A DNA stretch of 63,842 bases from Scyliorhinus canicula (lineage: Eukaryota): NCBI RefSeq assembly GCF_902713615.1, contig NC_052162.1:128922653-128986494 (forward strand), given 5' to 3'. Numbering within the stretch: position 1 is the first letter of the stretch; every line of letters begins with the position of its first letter. Positions 1 to 10,200 of the stretch are shown here, in pieces. Below the pieces are notes generated by a model. It saw only the letters and a list, made by a program, of their open reading frames with translations. It ran no database searches and was not told where the DNA came from. Position numbers and translations under genes: made by a program.

Positions 1-110
1 CTGGTCCACTGACAGACTATTTCCCTTTTAATTTATTTAAAGCGGGTGTGTGTGTGGGGTCCGCCGCGAGTCGCTCTCCCTCACTGACAGCTGTCTAATT
101 ATTTTTCCAG

Positions 111-429
111 GCGTCTGGGCCGATCCTCGCGTCACTCAAGACCCACTCACGGGACCGGTCGCCTTGGGAGAGACGGTCAAACTGAAATGTAACCTCCACG
201 GTGCCAGTGCCTATGAAATAAATTGGGTACGTCAGGCACCGGGCAAGACGCCCCAGGGCGTTTTGGTTCATGCTACTGACAGAAAGATCTACCGAGCCCC
301 GGGGATCACGGACCGATTCACGCCCTCGGCCCAGGACTCCAGTTTCACCTACTACCTGACCGTCGTTAACGTGGAGGCCGCAGACGGGGCTGTCTATTAC
401 TGTATGGTTTGGGTAAACAGCGTAGGATA
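111..429 (+). CDS. Immunoglobulin light-chain V exon (end of leader plus V domain), unrearranged; most like sigma-cart/sigma-2 (type I/NS5)
   Basis: Acceptor atttttccag ends at 110. Phase-1 open frame GVWA|DPRVTQ...KLKC(188-190)...INW(224-226)VRQAPG...DGAVYYC(401-403)MVWVNSVG carries the V-set hallmark Cys/Trp/Cys and is followed directly by an RSS. The HATDRKIYRAPGITDRFTPS stretch resembles recalled shark type I V (HSTSGSIYRGTGFTDRFKPS). No leader exon in the window. Confidence 0.95.
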
Positions 430-457
430 CACAGTGATACACACTGTGACAAAAACC
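430..457 (+). other. V recombination signal sequence (12-RSS)
   Basis: Heptamer CACAGTG 430-436, 12-nt spacer ATACACACTGTG, nonamer ACAAAAACC 449-457; all consensus. Confidence 0.98.
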
Positions 458-698
458 TCCTCCGAGACCTCAAGGCCCTCTGGGGCCCTCCTTCTGAGCT
501 ACTTGCGGCCTACCACCTCCTGGACCCCTGGGACACTGTGAAAACCACACTGACCGCCCAGGGAGTCCAGAATTCGGACGGCACCTCAACCCAGCCTTCT
601 TTGAGGGAAATTAGCGGAAGGACAACACGACGCCGGGGGGTTTTGACATCGAGGCCCACATCCTGCAGGTGAATATGTCAAGCCAGGAAGGGGCCTGA

Positions 699-738
699 GG
701 TTTTTGTACAGGTCTTCCCCTCACGCAGGCCCACTGTG
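699..738 (-). other. J recombination signal sequence (23-type, 24-nt spacer)
   Basis: Nonamer GGTTTTTGT 699-707, spacer 708-731 (24 nt by my count), heptamer CACTGTG 732-738. Confidence 0.95.
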
Positions 739-777
739 GGTATGTCACCGGCAATGGAACCCCGTTGGATGTTAAAA
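739..777 (+). CDS. Light-chain J segment (YVTGNGTPLDVK), non-canonical J motif
   Basis: Follows the RSS heptamer and reads gg TAT GTC ACC GGC AAT GGA ACC CCG TTG GAT GTT AAA A, then donor GTGAGT at 778. Phase 1 matches the C exon. Confidence 0.93.
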
Positions 778-1388
778 GTGAGTAGCTCGTCTTTTGAAAC
801 CTTGATTCTTCGGTCGGGTACCCCCCCTCCTCCATCCTCCCGCCCCGCCCTCCCCCGGTGAGCAAATGGGTAAACTTTTCCTTGCCATTGCTCAGCTTTG
901 CAGGGATGGGATCGTCGGGAACGTGTCGATTGACCAAACCTCCCTCCCCCTACTTCAGACCTGCTCTGTGTCTGGCGTGGTTTGGAATGTGGGATGGGGT
1001 GAGGGGGTGCGGGGGTGGGGGGGGATGGGCGGCCACGTGGACGTCGGGGGGTGACTGAGTCACTTTCTGTTGTGGGTGGGGGGGGGGGTGTTGGTTGTGT
1101 GGGTCAGGTGCTGTATTAAGACGAGGCACAGGATGCGCATCCCCACAGTGCCAGATTCCCACATCGCTTTCTGCAAAGGAGCGCTTCCCGACGTCACTCC
1201 TGAACGGCCCCTGGTCCTCCGTCTAATCTTCATTCCCCCCCCCCCCCCCCCTCCCTCCCTCCCTCCACCCCACCAACTTTGTTTTAGAATTCCGACCCCC
1301 AGCCCACCCCAACCGTAGCAAAATGTGTCTCCCTCCCTCTCTCTCTGGCCCATCGAATCCTGGTAACTATTTTAACTACGCGGATTAT

Positions 1389-1696
1389 GGGCAGCACGGT
1401 AGCACAGTGGTTAGCACTGTTACTTCACAGCTCCAGGGTCCCAGGTTCGATTCCCGGTTTGGGCCACTGTCTGTGCGGAGTCTGCACGTTCTCCCCGTGT
1501 CTGCGTGGGTTTCCTCCGGGTGCTCCGGTTTCCTCCCACAAGTCCCGAAAGACGTGCTGTTGGGTGAATTGGACATTCTGAATTCTCCCTCTGTGACCCG
1601 GACAGGCTCCGGAATGTGGCGACTGGGGGCTTTTCACAGTAACTTCATTGCAGTGTTAATGTCAGCCTACCTGTGACACTGATAAAGATTAGTATT
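1389..1696 (+). mobile_element. tRNA-head SINE (head A, tail 1) in the J-C intron
   Basis: Head gggcagcacggtagcacagtggttagc...ggttcgattccc; tail cacagtaacttcattgcagtg...ataaagatt; near-identical reverse copy at 58508-58816. Confidence 0.9.
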
Positions 1697-2090
1697 GTTA
1701 AAAACCCTTCACGATCAGGGCAACCCAGAGCCTCCCAAACTCTGGAGACACAAAGTTGTCAACTCCTCTCTCGGTTTACAATCTCCATGTTTGGATCAGA
1801 GAAGGTGGGTGCTTGCCGTGTCATTATAAGCAACAGGGTCCCCCCCCCCCCCCCCCCCCCCCCACCCCCCATCCCAGCCCGCAACCCGCTCTAACTCTGG
1901 GACGAACCGATTTCCCCCCTCGTTCTCACCCGAGATCCCTATCCACCGCCTCCCGCTCCCTCCGATCATGAAGATTTCACTCTCTCTCCCTCTCTCCATC
2001 AACGCTGGGGACCCCCGATCTGACTCTCCCTGCTCCGGGTCGGGATTTCTCTCACTCTTCCCCCACCACAACGTCGGCGGATGTCATCTC

Positions 2091-2885
2091 ACAGAACCAC
2101 AGAGCGGCCATTCAGCCTATCCCGTCTGTACCAAACGTGTATCATGACTTAGTGCCGTTCCCCTGCCATATCCTCCGTAAACATACCTTCCCCACCCCCC
2201 CCCCCCCCCCCCCCCCCGCACATTGTCTCCATTCAGATAACCGTCCATCGCCCTCCCGGACGCCCCGATTGAACCTGCCTCCACCACACTCCCAGACAGT
2301 GCATTCCAGACCCCAACCACTCGCTGTGTGAAAAAGGGTTTTTCTCAAATCACATTGGCTTCTTTTACAAATCGCTTCCAATCTGCGCCCTCTCGTTCCC
2401 GATCCTATCACGAAGCCGTAACAGTTTCTCCCCGTCCACTCTATCCAGACCCCCCCCCCCCCTCATGATTTGGAACATCTCTATCAAATCCCCTCTCGGC
2501 CTTCTTCTCTCCAAGGAGAACAGTCCCAACCTCTCCAATCTATCCCCATAACTGAAGTTTCTCATGAAATGAAAATCGCTTATTGTCACGAGTAGGCTTC
2601 AATGAAGTTACTGTGAAAAGCCCCTAGTCACCACATTCCGGCGCCTGTCCGGGGAGGCTGGTACGGGAATCGAACCGTGCTGCTGGCCTGCTTGGTCTGC
2701 TTTATAAGCCAGCGATTTAGCCTTGTGGGCTCAACCAGCCCCTCATCCCTGGAACCATCCTTGTAAACCTCTGCGCTCTCTCTCTCTCCAACATGTTCAC
2801 ATCCTTCCTATAGTGCGGCCCCCAGAACTGTGCACAATATTCCAGCTGAGGTCTGACTGGTGTCTGGTATCAGTTCAGTATAACG
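2091..2885 (-). mobile_element. CR1 LINE 3' fragment interrupted by a SINE
   Basis: Minus-strand ORFs give LERLGLFSLERRRPRGDLIEMFQIM and VVGVWNALSGSVVEAGS (CR1 RT C-terminus); sequence resumes at 2742. Confidence 0.88.
2566..2741 (-). mobile_element. SINE (head B, (ATTTC)n tail) with CTCAT target-site duplication
   Basis: CTCAT at 2561-2565 and 2742-2746; second copy at 50029-50231. Confidence 0.85.
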
Positions 2886-2906
2886 GGGTAAAAGAGAATC
2901 TTCCAA

Positions 2907-5311
2907 CAGTGCAGCACTCCCTCAGTACTGACCCTCTGACAGTACAGCACTCCCTCAGTACTGACCCTCCGACAGTGCGGCACTCCCTCAGTACTGACCC
3001 TCCGACAGTGCGGCACTCCCTCAGTACTGACCCTCCGACAGTGCAGCACTCCCTCAGTACTGACCCTCTAACAGTGCAGCGCTCCCTCAGCACCGACCCT
3101 CCGACAGTGCAGCACTCCCTCAATACTGACCCTCTGACAGTACAGCACTCCCTCAGAACTAACCCTCTGACAGTGCATCACTCCCTCAGTACTGACCCTC
3201 TGACAGTGCAGCACTCCCTCAGCACTGACCCTCTGACAGTGCAGCATTCCCTCAGTACTGACCCTCTGACAGTGCAGCACTCCCTCAGTACTGACCCTCT
3301 GACAGTGCAGCAGTCCCTCAGTACTGACCCTCTGACAGTGCATCACTCCCTCAGTACTGACCCTCTGACAGTGCATCACTCCCTCAGTACTGACCCTCTG
3401 ACAGTGCAGCACTCCCTCAGTACTGACCCTCTGACAGTGGCGCACTCCCTCAGTACTGACCCTCTGACAGTGCAGCACTCCCTCAGTACTGACCCTCTGA
3501 CAGTGCATCACTCCCTCAGTACTGACCCTCTGACAGTGCAGCACTCCCTCAGCACTGACCCTCTGACAGTGCATCACTCCCTCAGTACTGACCCTCTGAC
3601 AGTGCAGCAGTCCCTCAGTACTGACCCTCTGACAGTGCAGCACTCCCTCAGTACTGACCCTCTGACAGTGCATCACTCCCTCAGTACTGACCCTCTGACA
3701 GTGCATCACTCCCTCAGTACTGACCCTCTGACAGTGCAGCACTCCCTCAGTACTGACCCTCTGACAGTGGCGCACTCCCTCAGTACTGACCCTCTGACAG
3801 TGCAGCACTCCCTCAGTACTGACCCTCTGACAGTGCATCACTCCCTCAGTACTGACCCTCTGACAGTGCAGCACTCCCTCAGCACTGACCCTCTGACAGT
3901 GCAGCATTCCCTCAGTACTGACCCTCTGACAGTGCAGCACTCCCTCAGTACTGACCCTCTGACAGTGCATCACTCCCTCAGTACTGACCCTCTGACAGTG
4001 CAGCAGTCCCTCAGTACTGACCCTCTGACAGTGCAGCACTCCCTCAGTCCTGACCCTCTGACAGTGCATCACTCCCTCAGTACTGACCCTCTGACAGTGC
4101 AGCAGTCCCTCAGTACTGACCCTCTGACAGTGCATCACTCTCTCAGTACTGACCCTCTGACAGTGCATCACTCCCTCAGTACTGACCCTCTGACAGTGCA
4201 GCACTCCCTCAGTACTGACCCTCTGACAGTGTTGCACTCCCTCAGTACTGACCCTCTGACAATGCAGCACACCCTCAGTACTGACCCTCTGACAGTGCAG
4301 CACTCCCTCAGTACTGATGCTCTGACAGTGCGGGGCTCCCTCAATACTGACCCTCTGACAGTGCAGCATTCCCTCAGTACTGACCCTCTGACAGTGCGGG
4401 GCTCCCTCAGTACTGACCCTCTGACAGTGCAGCGCTCCCTCAGTACTGACCCTCTGACAGTACAGCAATCCCTTAGTACTGTCCCACTGACGGTGCAGCT
4501 CTCCCTCAGTACTGACCCTCTGACAGTGCAGCACTCCCTCAGCACTGACCCTCTGACAGTGCATCACTCCCTCAGTACTGACCCTCTGACAGTGCAGCAG
4601 TCCCTCAGTACTGACCCTCTGACAGTGCAGCACTCCCTCAGTACTGACCCTCTGACAGTGCATCACTCCCTCAGTACTGACCCTCTGACAGTGCATCACT
4701 CCCTCAGTACTGACCCTCTGACAGTGCAGCAGTCCCTCAGTACTGACCCTCTGACAGTGCAGCACTCCCTCAGTACTGACCTGGTAGTGCGGCACTCCCT
4801 CAGTACTGACCCTCTGACAGTGCAGCATTCCCTCAGTACTGACCCCCTGGTAGTGCGGCACTCCCTCAGTACTGACTCTCTGACAGTGCAGCATTCCCTC
4901 AGTACTGACCCCCTGGTAGTGCGGCACTCCCTCAGTACTGACCCTCTGACAGTGCAGCATTCCCTCAGTACTGACCCTCTGACAGTGCGGCACTCCCTCA
5001 GTACTGACCCTCTGACAGTGCAGCACTCCCTCAGTACTGACCCTCTGACAGTGCAGCACTCCCTCAGTACTGATCCTCTGACAGTGCGGCGCTCCCTCAG
5101 TACTGACCCTCTGACAGTGCAGCACTCCCTCAGTACTGACCCTCTGACAGTGCAGCACTCCCTCAGTACTGACCCTCTGACAGTGCAGCACTCCCTCAGT
5201 ACTGACCCTCTGACAGTGCAGCACTCCCTCAGTACTGACTCTCTGACAGTGCAGCATTCCCTCAGTACTGACTCTCTGACAGTGCAGCACTCCCTCAGTA
5301 CTGACTCTCTG
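2907..5311. repeat. 33-bp minisatellite (~73 units) in the J-C intron
   Basis: Unit CAGTACTGACCCTCTGACAGTGCAGCACTCCCT; 11-aa periodicity in the ORF track. Confidence 0.98.
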
Positions 5312-5552
5312 AATGATATCAAGAAATTCGCTGTGTCAGTTTGTGACTCGGTGTTGGTTAGGATGGGGTGAGGGGTGTGATGTTGTGAATGTTCCCTGGG
5401 ACCGCCCCTTTCGGAACGGGCTACAAATGCTCCGGGGGGGGTGGAATATTTACGGAATCTAACTGATATGGGGTTGGCTTGGTTTGTGGATATTGCGGTT
5501 AACCGGCTGCTCAATTGATCTCTAACTGTCCCTCTTTCCCCCCCTCTAACAG

Positions 5553-5884
5553 GTAGTGCGGCTCTCCCGCCATCGGTCACCGTCTTCCCCCCGTCGGAGG
5601 ATGAACTGTCCAACTCCGGCACGGCCACCCTCAGCTGCCTGGTGAGCGGCTTCAAGCCGGGATTCGTCAACGTGGAGTGGAGCTCCAACGGCGCGGAGAT
5701 CAGCTCGGGAGCCAGCTGGAGCCCGGTCACCCTGGAGGCCGAGGGCACCCACCGTCTGGCCAGCTACCTGCGGCTGCCCAGCAGCGACTGGCAGGCGGGC
5801 CGGCGGTACGCCTGCCGGGTCCGGCACCAGGCCCAGGCCCAGCCCATCGAGAGGAGCCTGAGCAGCGCGACCTGCGACGCTTGA
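5553..5884 (+). CDS. Immunoglobulin light-chain C exon (C1-set domain)
   Basis: Acceptor ccctctaacag ends at 5552. Reads SAALPPSVTVFPPSEDELSNSGTATLSCLVSGFKPGFVNVEW...SYLRLPSSDWQAGRRYACRVRHQ...SSATCDA*. Both domain Cys, the Trp, the C-terminal H-L Cys and a stop (no TM) are present. ATLSCLVSGFKPGFV matches recalled type I/sigma-cart C. Confidence 0.96.
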
Positions 5885-6696
5885 CCTCCCCAACGTCTCT
5901 CTCTCTCTCTCTCTCTCTCTTCCTCTATCTTTGGGCAATGGGAGGTCACTTCACCCCCACCCACCCCACCCCGTCCTCCCCCCTACCCCCACGCTTTGAG
6001 GAACGCCTTCTGGAACATTCGCCAATCGACGCCGAGAACCCCGGCTGGACCGGAGAAGGGAGGTGGTGGGCTTTGGGCGTTTTTGGCAGCTGCTGATTTT
6101 GACCTCTGACCCTTGGGGGGTCAGGTCGACCTTCGAACCCCGAGGGACTCCAGCCCCCCGTTTGAGCGGTGTCTGCCGGTGACGACGCCCTCGAGAATCC
6201 GGGGGCACCACGCCCACTGGTCCCCGCGCTGCTCTCCCTCCCGAGGGCCGGTCCATCCCTACCGAAGGTGCGGTGACCTCACAAGTGCAGAGAATTCTTC
6301 GAGTGCCAGAGATTGAAGACCACCTTCCCAGCCCCCCCCCCCACCCCACCCCCCAGCTCCTCCACCACCGCCGCCAGCCTGCGACGCTCGTGACAGACCG
6401 CGGCTCATTTATCCCGTTCGTCCGGGCTGCCTTCCCAATAGTCCTCATGGTCCAACATCGTGAGGGGACCAGGCCACGGCGACGGGACCCTCTGCCTCGA
6501 TAGTGGGCGGCTCCCAAAGTCGACTATTCCCCCCCCCACCCCCCCGTCAACCACCACCAATCGCATCTTCAGGAGCTAACGATTTACTTCTCCACTGTAG
6601 TCGCTGTTGTTGCGTCGGAAAGCATTCTCGGAGTCTAATTTCCTCGGGTGCGTGTCCTGTCATCTGCCTTCACGCGTGTCTTTTGTATGTTTTGTG

Positions 6697-6702
6697 AATA
6701 AA
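6697..6702 (+). terminator. Probable poly(A) signal of the light-chain gene
   Basis: First AATAAA I find after the C stop (~810-nt 3' UTR), with a U-rich stretch just upstream. Confidence 0.65.
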
Positions 6703-7044
6703 CACCTCGACTCCCGGCCTGTGACTCAACTACCTTTCCTGCTGTAACAGGGATAGAACCTTCCGGAGCACCGCGTCCAATTTGGGTTGGGGTGGGGAAC
6801 CGCGTCCAATTTGGGTTGGGGTGGGGAGCGGGGGACAGATATAAACCGCGGACACCTTCCTTTGATTCAGTGCCCCCATCACAGTCCTCCCCACTTTGTC
6901 GGGAAATCGCCTTCAAATGCAGCCCATTGGAATACAAACTCTGGCAATGTGACTGTTCACATTGGGAATGAGCGTTGGGATGGTGGCCAATCCATCATTT
7001 AATGCCCGTCACTAATTGCCCCTCAAGTAAGCAGTGGCTGCAGT

Positions 7045-7230
7045 GAACCAGATTCTAGCATCGGAGGTCGTTCAGAGAAGGTTCACGGGGCCTATTCCCG
7101 GGATGAAGGGGGTTTGTCCGATGAGGAAAGGTTGGGCCGGTCGGGGCCAGTGCCCATTGGAGTTTAGAAAGAACCAGAGGAGATCTTATTGAAACGGATC
7201 AGATTCTGAAGGGGACGGAGAAAGGGTTCA
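7045..7230 (+). mobile_element. CR1 LINE fragment
   Basis: cagagaaggttcac...gaggagatcttattgaaac (CR1 RT C-terminal region); a close inverted relative lies at 46680-46830. Confidence 0.8.
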
Positions 7231-7237
7231 CAGGGTG

Positions 7238-10200
7238 GATATACCCCACACCCCTCACTGTAACACTCTCTGATATACCCCACACCCCTCACTGTAACAC
7301 TCTCTGATATACCCCACACCCCTCACTGTAACGCTCTGATATACCCCACACCCCTCACTGTAACACTCTCTGATATACCCCACACCCCTTACTGTAACAC
7401 TCTCTGATATACCCCACACCCCTCACTGTAACACTCTGATATACCCCACACCCCTCACTGTAACACAATCTGATATACCCCACACTCCTCACTGTAACAC
7501 TGATATACCCCACACCCCTCACTGTAACACTCTCTGATATACCCCACACCCCTCACTGTAACACAATCTGATATACCCCACACCCCTCACTGTAACACTC
7601 TGATATACCCCACACCCCTCACTGTAACACTCTGATATACCCCACACCCCTCACTGTAACACTCTCTGATATACCCACACCCCTCACTGTAACACTCTCT
7701 GATATACCCACACCCCTCACTGTAACACTCTGATATACCCCATACGCCTCACTGTAACACTCTCTGATATACCCCACACCCCTCACTGTAACACTCTCTG
7801 ATATACCCCACACCCCTCACTGTAACACTCTGATATACCCCACACCCCTCACTGTAACACTCTGATATACCCCACACCCCTCACTGTAACACTCTGATAT
7901 ACCCCACACCCCTCACTGTAACACTCTCTGATATACCCCACACCCCTCACTGTAACACTCTCTGATATACCCCACACCCCTCACTGTAACACTCTCTGAT
8001 ATACCCCACACCCCTCACTGTAACACTCTCTGATATACCCCACACCCCTCACTGTAACACTCTGATATACCCCACACACCTCACGGTAACACTCTCTGAT
8101 ATACCCCACACCCCTCACTGTAACACTCTGATATACCCAACACCCCTCACTGTAACAGTCTGATATACCCCACACCCCTCACTGTAACACTCTCTGATAT
8201 ACCCCACACCCCTCACTGTAACACTCTGTGATATACCCCACACCCCTCACTGCAACACTCTGATATACCCCACACCCCTCACTGCAACACTCTGATATAC
8301 CCCACACCCCTCACTGTAACACTCTCTGATATACCCCACACCCCTCACTGTAACACTCTGTGATATACCCCACACCTCTCACTGTAACAGTCTGATATTC
8401 CCCACACCCCTCACTGTAACACTCTCTGATATATCACACACCCCTCACTGTAACACTCTCTGATATATCACACACCCCTCACTGTAACACTCTGATATAC
8501 CCCACACCCCTCACTGTAACACTCTCTGATATACCCCACACCCCTCACTGTAACACTCTCTGATATACCCCACACCCCTCACTGTAACACTCTGATATAC
8601 CCCACACCCCTCACTGCAACACTCTGATATACCCCACACCCCTCACTGTAACACTCTCTGATATACCCCTCACCCCTCACTGTAACACTCCCTGATATAC
8701 CCCACAGCCCTCACTGTAACACTCTCTGATATACCCCACACCCCTCACTGTAACACTCTCTGATACACCCAACACCCCTCACTGTAACACTCTCTGATAT
8801 ACCCCACACCCCTCACTGTAACACTCTCTGATACACCCAACACCCCTCACTGTAACACTCTCTGATATACCCCACACCCCTCACTGTACACACTGATATA
8901 CCCCACACCCCTCACTGTAACACTCTGATATACCCCACACCCCTCACTGTAACACACTGATATACCCCACACCCCTCACTGTAACACACTGATATACCCC
9001 ACACCCCTCACTGTAACACTCTGATATACCCCACACCCCTCACTGTAACACACTGATATACCCCACACCCCTCACTGTAACACTCTGATATACCCCACAC
9101 CCCTCACTGTAACACTCTGATATACCCAACACCCTCACTCTAAATTTCTCTGATATACCCCACACCCCTCACTGTGACACTCTCTGATATACCCCACACC
9201 CCTCACTTTAACACTCTGATATACGCCACACCCCTCACTGTAACAATCTGATATACCCCACACCCCTCACTGTAACACTCTCTGATATACCCCACACCCC
9301 TCACTGTAACACTCTCTGATATACCCCACACCCCTCACTGTAACACTCTGATATACCCCACACCCCTCACTGCAACACTCTGATATACCCCACACCCCTC
9401 ACTGTAACACTCTCTGATATACCCCACACCCCTCACTGTAACACTCTGATATACCCCACACCCCTCACTGCAACACTCTGATATACCCCACACCCCTCAC
9501 TGTAACACTCTCTGATATACCCCTCACCCCTCACTGTAACACTCCCTGATATACCCCACAGCCCTCACTGTAACACTCTCTGATATACCCCACACCCCTC
9601 ACTGTAACACTCTCTGATACACCCAACACCCCTCACTGTAACACTCTCTGATATACCCCACACCCCTCACTGTAACACTCTCTGATACACCCAACACCCC
9701 TCACTGTAACACTCTCTGATATACCCCACACCCCTCACTGTACACACTGATATACCCCACACCCCTCACTGTAACACTCTGATATACCCCACACCCCTCA
9801 CTGTAACACACTGATATACCCCACACCCCTCACTGTAACACACTGATATACCCCACACCCCTCACTGTAACACTCTGATATACCCCACACCCCTCACTGT
9901 AACACACTGATATACCCCACACCCCTCACTGTAACACTCTGATATACCCCACACCCCTCACTGTAACACTCTGATATACCCAACACCCTCACTCTAAATT
10001 TCTCTGATATACCCCACACCCCTCACTGTGACACTCTCTGATATACCCCACACCCCTCACTTTAACACTCTGATATACGCCACACCCCTCACTGTAACAA
10101 TCTGATATACCCCACACCCCTCACTGTAACACTCTCTGATATACCCCACACCCCTCACTGTAACACTCTGGTATACCCCACACCCCTCACTTTAACACTC

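Noticed and set aside
50-541. Single-exon 163-aa V protein, or a germline-joined/non-rearranging (UrIg-like) receptor
   Set aside because: The ORF starts in the intron and reads through the RSS. Separate V and J with intact RSSs show an unrearranged segment.
1144-1150. Extra RSS heptamers (also 18517-18523 and 38873-38879)
   Set aside because: No nonamer at 12 or 23 nt and no V/J coding context.
1389-1470. tRNA genes at SINE heads
   Set aside because: They continue into SINE bodies and tails and lack a cloverleaf end and a T-run terminator.
2723-5748. 882-aa, 740-aa and 350-aa ORFs
   Set aside because: Stop-free reading of a 33-bp tandem unit inside the J-C intron. The same applies to ORFs in the 46-, 48-, 69- and 15-bp arrays.
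111-5884. TCR, IgH or IgNAR identity
   Set aside because: There is a single C exon ending in a stop with a terminal Cys, no TM or connecting peptide, and no functional D; the V has a 12-RSS.
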